Notes: a model not told the origin generated them from the letters alone. Shown: positions 10,303 through 22,121, counted from the first letter of the stretch. The stretch is 26,360 nt of DNA from Octopus sinensis (GCF_006345805.1 NW_021836379.1:1-26360), one strand, 5' to 3'. Program-made: numbers and translations.

Positions 10303-10680
10303 AAGGCGGCGAGCTGGCAGAAACGTTAGGACGCCGGGCGAAATGCTTTGCGGTATTTCTTCTGCCGCTACGTTCTGAGTTCCAATTCCGCCGAGGTCGA
10401 CTTTGCCTTTCATCCTTTCGGGGTCGATAAATTAAATACCAGTTACGCACTGGGGTCGATGTAATCGACTTAATACCTATGTCTGTCCTTGTTTGTCCCC
10501 TCTGTGTTTAGCCCCTTGTGGGTAATAAAGAAATAGGTATTTCTTCTGCCGTTACGTTCTGAGTTCAAATTCCGTCGAGGTCGACTTTGCCTTTCATCCT
10601 TTCGGGGTCGATAAATTAAATACGAGTTACGCACTGGGATCGATGTAATCTACTTAATCCGTTTGTCTGTCCTTGTTTGT
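10303..10680 (+). mobile_element. SINE family A tandem dimer, second unit truncated by (ACAT)n
   Basis: Full head at 10303; ggtatttc at 10352 and 10536 (period 184); same junction as the 9067-9440 copy. Confidence 0.95.
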
Positions 10681-11427
10681 ACATACATACATACATACAT
10701 ACATACATACATACATACATACATGATGGCCGTCCACTCGTGAACGAGGAAGACCAACCATGCACATATACACTCGTGCACTCGTGTTCTTTTTGTTGAA
10801 TGTGCTTAAGAGATTAAGAGAGTCTCTACAAAGAAAGAAGCTTGTGACAAAAATAAACAAAACCTAAAGGCAGCACCAGGATAACATTTCTGATCGTGCA
10901 TTACTTCTTAGCCATGATTTATAGTAAAACATTAGACTATTCAATCAACCTCAGTCAGCGATTTTACCCCTACAGATTATTACTATTATTATTATTATAA
11001 TTTAACAAACTTGAAATCCCCATTGAAAACTATAAAAAAGAAAACCGTTTCTGTTCGCTGTGTATTATTATATCAATATATACATCCACTTGTTTCTGTA
11101 CTTTACCTTCTTTTTTACATTACGGTCAGCTTTTGTTTATACGTTCTTTCAAGAGAAATTTGTAAATTTTACAGCAAGAATTTAAGCGTTCGATCATTTA
11201 GAGTTGCAAATCGCCCGGTTCGTACTTTGGCCGTTAGGTCTTCTCGTTATTGGAATGCTACTGTGATTGTGAGAGTTACATGACATCAGAGACGGTTTTA
11301 TCTTTATTGAGACGTTTGTATAGTGTTTCTGTGTTAATTGTAGTTGTGTTACTTGTATGAATATTGCTCTTATAGCCAATTGTCTGCGTCTGGGCCGAAT
11401 TCTTTAAACTAAGAATGTATTTATTAT

Positions 11428-11677
11428 CTATCGATATTTTCCTGCCTCACATTGTTTTAGAATGTCTTTTCTAATGGTTTGCGCTTTGTTGTAAATGCAT
11501 GTCGGCTTACAAGAGAGTGTTGTACATGTGTAGCCAAATGTAACAGAACCACTAAGTTTGCAGTTTTCACTTTTACGGTGAAATTTTAAAATTAGATCAG
11601 CCAAGTGGAGCTTGTTCTTGGATTTACATGCGTGGGATGTGTTGTTGAAAAATATTTCGTTCTTATTAATAAACTTG
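11428..11677 (-). other. Weak candidate terminal coding exon (unidentified)
   Basis: Pyrimidine tract tttcctcctctattactttttaag precedes 82 open codons (5 Cys), then TAG and AATAAA at 11425-11420. An ORF this long is expected about once by chance in the window; no homology recognised. Confidence 0.2.
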
Positions 11678-12165
11678 CTTAAAAAGTAATAGAGGAGGAA
11701 ACACATATATCACCCACAAACACAATGACACACAACACCCACAAACACACACACATTAAATATAAGAGTAGTAATTGCATCAGACATTAATAAAGATACC
11801 TTAATTAATTTATATTCTGAATGGTATCGATTCCCTCTGTCATAACAAGAGACAGTTCCTTTATTTCAAAAATATGTTGTTTATCGATATGAATTAATAT
11901 TATAACATTGATTATTATTGATCTATGTTTATGAATTTATAATTTACGATTTTCAATACAGTTCAAATTATATAAATGTCACGTGAATGGCTGGGCTTTC
12001 TATGCTATAAAATATTCAATAATTGACCATATATGGTTTGCAGCCAACATCTTAAAAGTGAGAGTATTAATTTTTCTAAAAATAATTCTGCATCTTTTTA
12101 TACGCACACATATATATGTGTCGCTTCATGTATGTTCCCATATATATATATATATTATTATATAT

Positions 12166-12234
<69 letters not shown>

Positions 12235-12320
12235 CTTGTGTATATATAAATATATTGCTTATATAGACTGCATGTAAATATATGTAAATACATGTAAAGT
12301 ATGTAAATATATATATATAT

Positions 12321-12471
12321 ACCAGAGTAAGAACATAAATGTGAAACAAGGTGGAACAAAAGAGTACTCAAATACCAGAGGTAGAGTAATATGCTTTATT
12401 TAAAAGCAGCAGAAATATCATAACAACTGTTATTCAGAGTTTCACGTTCCCGTCGTCGGACAGTTTTGTTA
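12321..12471 (-). mobile_element. Solo Penelope-like terminal fragment, family H1, with hammerhead motif at 12427-12463
   Basis: Minus strand ctgt-ccgacga-cg(ggaa)cg-t-gaaa-ctctgaa-ta-acag, followed by gatatttctgctgcttttaaataaagc...ttactctacctctggtatttgagtact as at 3440-3503. Confidence 0.72.
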
Positions 12472-13473
12472 GAATGGAACAGAAATGACAATATAATCAA
12501 ACAAAAACAAAAAAAAACTAGTTTAAAGGATACACCTTTGAAAATGGTACTTTTATACACCATGCCCTTATCTTTGCAATCTAACCGTAAAATAGGATTA
12601 GAGATCAGTTAGCCTATCTTGCCTTTTAAACGGGAAGTAGCCATCAATATAATAAAACTTTGCTTAAATAAAACAACACCCTGGCTCATTCTCCCACACC
12701 AAGCCTTGTTTAGATTACTACGTCTCCGTGTATAATGAATATAAGTCAATCTAGAACTACCAGTATATCTTCTGTCAATTGCACTTGTAGTAAAATTTCG
12801 TCGAGCCCTTTTCATGAATAAATGCAATGCTCGAACTTCCTACTCTACAAAGGCATATATCAGCCTCATTGTTAATCCCTCTAAAACAGAATGTAATCAA
12901 CAAACGATCTGTCAAAAAATCTTTTGTTGGTGCAAGATTACACCTCGTTTAATTTTATACGTCAAATCTAAAGGAATAAAAACACAGCTAATAATCGTGA
13001 CTGGGAAATCATTAGAAAGTTAAGTCGTATTTGGATGAGAAGAGGATTCGAAAACTTTCTGACAGCAGAAGAACCTGAAATTGCTTTTATCTAAGAACTC
13101 CCTGATTAAAAGACATTCTGGAAGATAAGTCTCTTTTATCCCTAAAATCTTAAGATCTTCCCAATTATTTCAAACTATAATTTATCCTTCACATCAATTT
13201 TTAACATTTATCGCGACTTGCACCTTTTATCGCGACTTGCACCCTTTTATAACTTTCACCTATATCTCTAAACAGTTTAATTTTTATATTTCTTCATTTA
13301 TTGCAATATATTTTATCGTGTTCTTGATTAACTCGAACTATTAATTATCCTATTTCCCATTATTTCACTCGCTCCAGCTTAATTAACTATTTCCATTTAT
13401 CTAAGTCATGATTCCGTGTTAAATATTCCTTTGTAGCCCTTCACATCCAACAACTACTAATATTTCATCTCCG

Positions 13474-13659
13474 AAGGGCATCGAGCTGGCATATTTGTTA
13501 GCATGCCGAACAAAATGCTTAACGGAATTTTGTTCGTCTTTATACGCTGAGTTCAAATTCCGGAGAAGTCACCTTTGCTTTCCATCCTTTCGGAGTCGAT
13601 AAAATAAGTCGCAGTTGAACATCAGTCTGTAAAATTGCTGGCCTTGTGCCATAATTTGA
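13474..13659 (+). mobile_element. Diverged SINE family A with tail type 2
   Basis: aagggcatcgagctggc...gagttcaaattccgg...ccatcctttcggagtcgataaaataagt...aaaattgctggccttgtgccataatttga. Confidence 0.88.
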
Positions 13660-13838
13660 CACAGAAAGGGACAAGACTGGCCCTTTGAAATACAGGTACT
13701 CTTCATATTTGCCAGCTGAGTGGACTGGAGCAACATGAAGTCAAATGTCTTTCTCAAGCACACAAGGCGTCACTGGGAATTGAACTCACGACCTTAAAAT
13801 CGTGAGCCGAATACCCAACCACTAAGCCATGCGCCTCC
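13657..13838 (-). mobile_element. tRNA-derived CORE-like SINE family D, 3'-truncated
   Basis: Minus strand ggaggcgcatggcttagtgg (A-box)...gagttcaattccc (B-box)...ttgtgtgcttgagaaagacattt (CORE-like)...ccagtccactcagctggc. Confidence 0.85.
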
Positions 13839-14379
13839 ATTTACGGTTACTTTATTCTAAATAATTCTACTCTCCCCTACACTTCCTATTGAATTTTTTG
13901 CTTCTATATAATTTTCTTTCTTCTCTTTCATTTATTTATTTATTTATTCATTTATCTATCTATCTATTTATTAATTTATTTATGTATTTACTTACTTACA
14001 TATTTGTTTATTTCCTTACGATATGAGTTTCTCAACACGTTTCAATCTTAAATATTCATTTTTATAGTCGTACCTTTTACATTTCCCTTCGTTGTTTCCT
14101 AATACCCTATAAAACTTTAACACTATTTTCTCCATAAGAGCTGTATTACAATTCTGTTTCCCTTTGATCCAGTATTGAAGATTTCCCACTTCGTTCACAT
14201 TTACCGTTGTTCTATCTACCTTTTTTTACTTTACATTTTCTAAGGTCGTTTATAAAACTACTTTTATACACGAATCGTGTCATTTTATGTGCTTACGTGG
14301 GTTTTAGCCTTGAGGGATATTGAAAGGATTTCTTATACTTTTGTCATCTAATGTATACTTTCGTATAACTGGATATTTA

Positions 14380-14495
14380 TATTTAATATATATAATTATA
14401 TATATTTATATTATATATAGATATATTCTATATATACTATATATATATATATACATATATAAATAGATATATATATATAATATATATATATATAA

Positions 14496-14540
<45 letters not shown>

Positions 14541-14548
14541 TCTATATA

Positions 14549-14583
<35 letters not shown>

Positions 14584-14666
14584 TTGATTATATACACCCA
14601 TATATATACAGACGATGCACATACGTGTGCGTTTGTGCGTGTTTGTGTGTTCAGTTTGACTCTATG

Positions 14667-14742
<76 letters not shown>

Positions 14743-14745
14743 CGT
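14380..14745. repeat. (TA)n and (TG)n microsatellites
   Basis: Direct inspection. Confidence 0.95.
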
Positions 14746-14953
14746 ACATACATTGATTACCTTTAGAATTTAAAAAATTCAGGGAAGAAAATAAGGATAA
14801 ATCAACAAATTGGAGAACATAAGCAAACAAAAATTGTATTAGAAACATCAGAACACTACCATACGGGCTCCATTGGTTGCACGCAACCTGTTTGTCTTAC
14901 TCTTGTTTTTGTTTTTTTGGGGGGGTTTTTCCACAAATTTTTATAATGTAAAG

Positions 14954-15071
14954 GCAATATCACATCAACTACAAAATTTGGAAAGTTGTTGCTTTTAAGT
15001 TCTACAACAAAATCTGGGGCTGCTGCTGCTGCTAATTCTAGCATTGGGCTACCCAAAATGGCAGAATCTAA
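14954..15071 (+). other. Weak candidate internal exon (phase 1 to 2)
   Basis: T-rich tract, taaag acceptor and gtaaat donor bound the open frame GNITSTTKFGKLLLLSSTTKSGAAAAANSSIGLPKMAES; no homology recognised; the opposite strand is also open. Confidence 0.2.
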
Positions 15072-15203
15072 GTAAATATACATTTCTTCGATTGTAAGCT
15101 GCTGATAATAGGCCTTCACGCTCGAAATATAAAGTTTTTTTTAAAAAAACATTCTACATTATTAGAAGCTTTCCTTATTCTTCATTTCATTCATATATAT
15201 ATG

Positions 15204-15522
15204 AAAGCACAGGTGTGTCTGTCTGTATGGCAAAAAGCTTCCCGACAATATGGTTTCGGGTTCAGTCCCACTGCGTGGCACCACGGGCGAGTGTCTTCTA
15301 CTATAGTATCGGGCCGACCAAAGCCTTGCGAGTGGATTGGTAAGTGGAAACTTAAAGAAGCCCGTCGTATATGCGTGTGTATCTGTGTGTATCTATGTGT
15401 GTGTATCTTTCTGTCTTTGTTTGTTCTCCCTATCAGCTTTTGACAACTGGTTTTGGTGTGTTTAACTCCTCGTAAGCTAGCAGTTCGGCAAAAGTGACCG
15501 ATAGAATAAGTACTGGGCTTAA
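15204..15522 (+). mobile_element. SINE family B
   Basis: gggttcagtccc B-box, ccactgcgtggcacc...gagtgtcttctactatag...gggccgaccaaagcc...cggcaaaagtgaccgatagaataagtactgggctt. Confidence 0.9.
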
Positions 15523-15639
15523 AATTCTTGCTTAAGTCTCCACCAATCTTTTATCGGGCGCACAGGTCACTAATAACATCACGGAATGCATGATGGCTGC
15601 CATACAGTATTCCGAGAATAGGTTGGAAGGTTTTTTCCA

Positions 15640-15855
15640 GAATTCTTTTATTCTTTTATTCTGTTATCTGTTCCAGTCATTTGACTGCAGCCATGCTGGA
15701 GCACTGCTTTTTAGTCGAACAAATCGACCCCAGGACTTATTCTTTGTAAGTCTAGCACTTATTCTATCGGTCTCTTTTGCCGAACCGCTAAGCTACGTGA
15801 ACGTAAACACACTGACATTGATCGGTTGTAAAGAGACGGTGGGAGAAGAAACACA

Positions 15856-15903
<48 letters not shown>

Positions 15904-16081
15904 CACATATATATATAATATAGTTAGATAAAAATATATATACACGACGGGCTTCTTTTAGTTTCCGTCTACCAAATCCACTCACAAGGCCGAGGCACTA
16001 GTAGAAGACACTTGCCCAAGGTGCCACGCAGTGGGACTGAACCCAGAACCAAGTGGTTGGTAAGCAAGCCACTACTGCGCC
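15640..16081 (-). mobile_element. Near full-length SINE family B with (AAAGAATA)-like tail
   Basis: Reverse complement of the 15204 copy plus the 3' end (gctccagcatggctgcagtcaaatgactgg); two short internal deletions in the head region; internal (CA)n expansion. Confidence 0.92.
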
Positions 16082-17089
16082 ACAATTATTCAGAATTTCT
16101 TGTAATATTTGCATGTAAACGTCATGAAATAGTTCCTGCCAGGTCTTGGTAAGTATCCGAGCTCTGAGATGTTTCATATACAGCCTTGTCTCTTCACTTG
16201 CTCTGAAGACGTTGTTTAGGTCAGTTGATAGCCATGAGTGCCATCTCTCTCTCTCTCTCTCTTTCTTTTTTTCTCTTTCTTCTTTTCTCTCTACTATCTT
16301 TCTCTTTCCCCTCTTCTCTCTCTTTCTCTCTCCCCTTCTTTCTCTCAGTCCTTCCCTTTTACTCTCTCGCTCTCTATCTCTCTCGTTCTCTCTCTCTTTC
16401 TCTTTCTCTCTTAACTTGCGTTCTCCTTCAATGACACTGAAGACGCTTTTCAGATAATTCGATAGCTAAGAGTTCCAGCTGACATCCATGCACACATACA
16501 CGTATACACCTACATAATCACGCCACACACACACTCTTTCTCTCTTTCCCTCTCTCCCCTCTCTCTTTTACTCTCTTAATCTCTATCTCTCTTTCATACA
16601 CGCAATATGCACACTCACACACAAGTAAATGTACCCACGGACGATGCACATACGTGTACGTTTGTGTGTTCAGCGTGACTCTGTGTATATAGCCTATTAG
16701 TATTTATTTACATACATGTGTGTGTCTGTAAACATGTGTGTGTATGTTTGTGTGAGTGTGTGTGTTTTCATAAGTGTGTGAGTGTGTGTGTTTTCATAAG
16801 TGTGTGTGTGTGTGTGTATATTGTTGCTGTCGTCTTTGTACATTTTCCCCTAAATGGTCTTTTACCTGCCATTCTGGAAATTGCTTTCTTAATTAAAAAC
16901 CAAAATGATTATAAAATTTTTTCGTAATATTTTTCACGCGAGTGTGTTTAAACACAATTTTGAATTTCACCCGGCGACAAACCAATTTTGAAAGCATCTT
17001 CTCGCTTTCCCTTAAAACTCTATATTACTTGGCACGCGCACACAGACACATACACACAGATACACACACATACGCACATACACACATGC

Positions 17090-17098
17090 ATAAATATA

Positions 17099-17147
<49 letters not shown>

Positions 17148-17155
17148 TGTATATG

Positions 17156-17199
<44 letters not shown>

Positions 17200-17454
17200 T
17201 GTGTATATTTGCATATATATTATATATATATATATATACATATATACATATATATGAATATATAAGTATATACATACATACGTATATACATATATGTATA
17301 TATACACATTTGTATTTTATATGTATGTATATATATATATATACATACATACATACATGCAAACATATATATGTATATATATGCATATATATACATATGT
17401 ATATATGTATATATATATACGTATATATATGTATATATATACGTATATATATAC

Positions 17455-17514
<60 letters not shown>

Positions 17515-17748
17515 GATATATATATAATATCCGTATATATCTCACTTTCTTGGTTGGTATAATTAGCGCCATTACACTATTCCACCCATCAACACCCGAA
17601 CCAACTGACTTTCCTTTCATCCTGCCGTTCTCGTTATGTTTCGCTTTTCCATTCAATTCCTCACCTCAACAAGTAATTGTTTCTCACTTAACTGCTTCAA
17701 CGCTTCTTTCGGAATTACCTCCAAATTTCTTCCATTCACACCACACAC

Positions 17749-17779
<31 letters not shown>

Positions 17780-17831
17780 CTATATAGATATAGATAATAC
17801 ATATTAGATATACATATATACATATATAGAT

Positions 17832-17904
<73 letters not shown>

Positions 17905-18232
17905 CTATATATATATATATATATACATATAGATATAACATACATATATATATATATATATATAATATACATATAGATATACATATATATATATATATAT
18001 ACATATATATATACATATACATATACATATATATATATATATACATATAGATATACATATATATATATATATATAATGCATATAGATATACATATATATA
18101 TATATATATAACATATAGATATACATATATATATATATATATTTACATATATATATACACTCATATATATACACATATAATATTATATATATTATATATA
18201 TATATATATATATAATATATATATATATATAT
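17090..18232. repeat. Two very long degenerate (TA)n arrays (about 17090-17530 and 17760-18232)
   Basis: Direct inspection. Confidence 0.97.
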
Positions 18233-18533
18233 AGATTGTATCTTTCTATCTACTCTCTCCTTATGAACCTTACGATGCGTGTTCATATTTATCTGTTGTT
18301 TTATTTATTACTTGTTTACTTTTATAGTTTGTTTTCATCATTTATTGATATTTTTTTCCTTTCACCTTATATCATTACATAACTTCTTACTCATTCCCTG
18401 CGGCTGAGTTTCTAATCATTAGATTTGCCTTCTTCATCTATCGCCAAACACTTAGCTCTCCAAGACTGTGTTACAGACTTTCTTTTTCCATTTCATTTAC
18501 TTATTTATTCCCAACAATCCGGTTGTAAATTCC

Positions 18534-18920
<387 letters not shown>

Positions 18921-18975
18921 ATACTCATATATATGTTTGTGTGGGTGTATGGATACATAATATGTAAATGTATAT

Positions 18976-19018
<43 letters not shown>

Positions 19019-19363
19019 TACATACACACACATACACATGATTTTAGTCCGTTATCTTATATAATATATTCCTTGTCCCTCTAGATTGGTTTCCTCCGAG
19101 GATTAAAAAGATGACCAATATATAAGAAAACGTTTCATAAATTTACCTTCACTCTGGCTTTTAACTTTGGTTTCCGGTTAAACTATTCCATCTGCTTTTT
19201 CTTCTCTCTCACTTTCTCCTTCTCTTTGATACATCCACTCTCTTTCTCTCCCTGCTTTATCTCTTTCTCTGTCTTCTGTCTGTCTGTCTGTCTCTCTCTA
19301 TCTTCTCTTCTCTTCTCTTCTCTCGGTGTCGAATATTTTGTTGATGTGATCATTCCAGCTTAG

Positions 19364-19440
19364 GCTTATGTGGACAACAATAGCTGCAACCAAGTCTCTG
19401 ATACAATTTGATGTACGAGAAAAAATCCAGAAGGATGAGA
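19364..19440 (+). other. Weak candidate internal exon
   Basis: Long upstream pyrimidine tract, ttag acceptor (or cag at 19358), open frame LMWTTIAATKSLIQFDVREKIQKDE, donor gtatgg. Confidence 0.22.
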
Positions 19441-20275
19441 GTATGGTTGTTCATATATATGCATCTATGTGTGTGTTGCGTGTGTTTGGGGAGCGGTGTC
19501 TGTGTGTGTCTGTGTCTGTGTGAATCTTTTTTCGAACTGAATGAGCTCAATTTTCTCTCGTATAGACGCATAATGGTTTATTATTTTATTTTATTTTATA
19601 TCCTGTCCGTCGCATGGCAGCTTTTTGATAGCGTTGGAGTTTTATCCAGGCGCATACTCCCCTGGTAATTACAAGAGCTTAGAGTCAACTTCAAATATTT
19701 CCTCTATCTATAAATAGAAAAATTCTTGATTGTCTCCACTGAACTTAATAGAAAACTCCCTCCCCATTGGTAAATCTAAATAACAAAGTGAACTCAGTGA
19801 TAAAAAATCTGCCCATGAGTTAAGATCTTCTACTACCATGTTTTTATTGATGGTACATCTCATTGACAAGTCAAAAAATTCAAAACATCGATGTCTGAGA
19901 TTCCTGAGAGATGGCAACACTGAACGAACTGGGTATTTGCACACATTTCTACCATAAGAGAGATTTTATCTCCATGGAAGCTGCACTGTATTTGCCTTTA
20001 GCAGTTGAAATATGCGACAAATATATTTCAACTAATCTAAATTCTGCTCACACCTAAACACTTTTTTGCGCCTATGCTCCGTTAATATATATAAAGATAT
20101 AGGGGTTTAGTTCACGGGAGGATCTAAACGGTAAGGTGTGCTGCGTAAGTGCCTGTAACTGATTACAAAGGTTCCAAGCTCATAACCGCGACAGGCGTTA
20201 TGAAACTATTATGTATATACAGCGGATATAAATATGTCAAAAAGGAAAACAAACACAAAGTCATATGTGCTATTG

Positions 20276-20894
20276 TTATTAAATATTATTATGCAATTTT
20301 ATAAAGTCTTACAGCTGTTTCTGGGACATCACAAAAACACGTGGAATATCACATCACCGGAGACATATGGTGAGAAAGTGAGAGGATTGCGGAAACGATG
20401 AAGGGATGTAGGAAAAAGAGAAAAAGAAAAAAAATATATATAAAAGTTCAGTTTAAGTTTCCGATAGTGCCGGAACTAATCCATGAGCCTTTAGGCACAA
20501 TGCAATGTGAATCTAGAAGGTACCTTTATTACTTTATTTATCTTCATCTTTCTGTTAATATTGTTCATTATATTTTTATATTCTTCGGCAATGCCATGTC
20601 AACTACTTCCTTCTCTGTAAATCTGACCACACTTTCTAGGTACTCTTCTTCTTTCTCCTTTTCCTTCAATAACCTCTACCGCTCCATTAGATACCTCTCT
20701 CTCTCTTTTTACTTAAGTCTATCTTTAGCCAGTTTCTACTATGTCACACTATCACTCTATTATGAACCTTCGACATGGAAGTATTATTCCTGAACATCTA
20801 CATTATGAGGAATATTATCTTATCTAGATCCACATTGGATTGTACCTGAAGACTCATAGATTAGCACCTGCACTATCGGAAAAAACTTAAACTG

Positions 20895-20946
<52 letters not shown>

Positions 20947-21107
20947 ATATATATATTTCCTTTTCTCTTTTTCCTACATCCCTCCATCGTTTCCGTAATC
21001 TATACCCTCCCACTTTCTCACCATATGTCTCCGATGATGGAATATTTCATATGTTTTGGGGATATTCAAGAAACAGCTGTAAGACTTGAAAAATTGCTTA
21101 ATAATTT

Positions 21108-21114
<7 letters not shown>
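20276..21114. mobile_element. Inverted pair of Penelope-like terminal fragments (family H2) around a 400-bp spacer
   Basis: Arms 20276-20470 and 20870-21114 (right arm expanded by (CA)n(TA)n); each contains a hammerhead-like motif ending gaaacagctgtaagac. Confidence 0.72.
21027..21085 (+). ncRNA. Type-I hammerhead-like motif H2
   Basis: gtct-ccgatga-stem II (gaatat/atattc)-gaaa-cagctg-ta-agac. Mirror copy at 20306-20364 (minus) has core ccggtga. Confidence 0.65.
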
Positions 21115-21147
<33 letters not shown>

Positions 21148-21205
21148 TGATAACATATCTGCCTTGAGTTGTCCTGTCTTGGTATTTGTTTTCCTTTTTA
21201 ACAAA

Positions 21206-21243
<38 letters not shown>

Positions 21244-21256
21244 ATAGATATATATA

Positions 21257-21385
21257 TTATTTTGTAGAAGGAGCTTCTACAGAACTAGGACTGTTTCATT
21301 CAAAAGAAATCATCAGGATGCTTCTGATGATTTCTTTTGAATGAAAACAGTCTTTTGTTCTGTAGAAGCTCCTTCTACAAAATAA
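21257..21385. ncRNA. 129-bp palindrome made of two back-to-back hammerhead motifs (family H3)
   Basis: Minus 21321-21273: gcatc-ctgatga-tttc(tttt)gaat-gaaacag(tcctagtt)ctgta-gaagc. Plus 21320-21369 is the same with an extra A and a shortened stem I. Confidence 0.72.
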
Positions 21386-22006
21386 ATTAATTTACTACTG
21401 CTATGTATTGAGTACCTTATTACTGTGGTTAACCCCAACTCAACCCGGGACCTACATATATATATATATATTCTTATATAAATACATATGTATGCATTCA
21501 TATATATATACACGGCAATCATATGTAAGCAAACACACATATGTATGTATGTATTTATGTATATATGTATATATGCATGTTTGTATATGTGTATGTGTGT
21601 GTGCGTCAGTTTTATAGCGTTTATTTCGTATGAGCTTTTCTGTATATTTTGAATTTGCAATGTAGTGAAGATCGTCAATTTGAAATTGCAATACCAAATT
21701 TGGTAATCGTTTCGTAGAACTCCTCTCAAAGATTAAGAAATAGCCACGACTACCATAATTATAATTATCAAATAATAATTATATTCCAAAATCATTATTA
21801 TTAACAGAAGCTATCCGAATTAACAGTTCTTTCCCGACATTCCTCATGTATAAATGAAACAATATATAAAAGCAATTTTGGGAAGTTATTCCATGTAAAA
21901 ATTTTGGAAACAACAACGGGATTTCTCCGAAGACATAACATGCTCCGAGCTAACTTTGGTAAAATGTTAAATGAGTGTAAATTATTTTTCTTAATTTATT
22001 CAACAG

Positions 22007-22121
22007 AGCTTACAGACTTCTGTGACGAAATGAAAATTGCCAAATGGAATAAGTCTAATGGCCTTTTTACATGTTTTAGCTTTAATGCAAACGTTTTGTT
22101 AACGTTGGGAGTGGTTGAGCC
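22007..22121 (+). other. Weak candidate internal exon (phase 1 to 2)
   Basis: Good acceptor ttatttttcttaatttattcaacag, donor gtatgt, one open frame LTDFCDEMKIAKWNKSNGLFTCFSFNANVLLTLGVVEP. Confidence 0.25.

Noticed and set aside
9067-10680. CRISPR-like or prokaryotic repeat array
   Set aside because: Units are 184-bp SINE bodies without spacers, in clearly eukaryotic DNA.
12600-12830. Possible decayed LINE endonuclease (LDEILLQ..DILVV; FYYIDGYFPFKRQDR) on minus strand
   Set aside because: The motifs lie in different frames with stops and resemble the domain only loosely.
7907-13244. Short tandem duplications (36-bp period at 7907, 19-bp period at 13207)
   Set aside because: Real but ordinary slippage products with no further structure.
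19708-19944. Minus-strand ORF with LRR-like words (LPSLRNL, LSSLCYLDL)
   Set aside because: No LxxLxLxxN periodicity, stops on both sides, and several overlapping frames are equally open; would need a BLAST hit.
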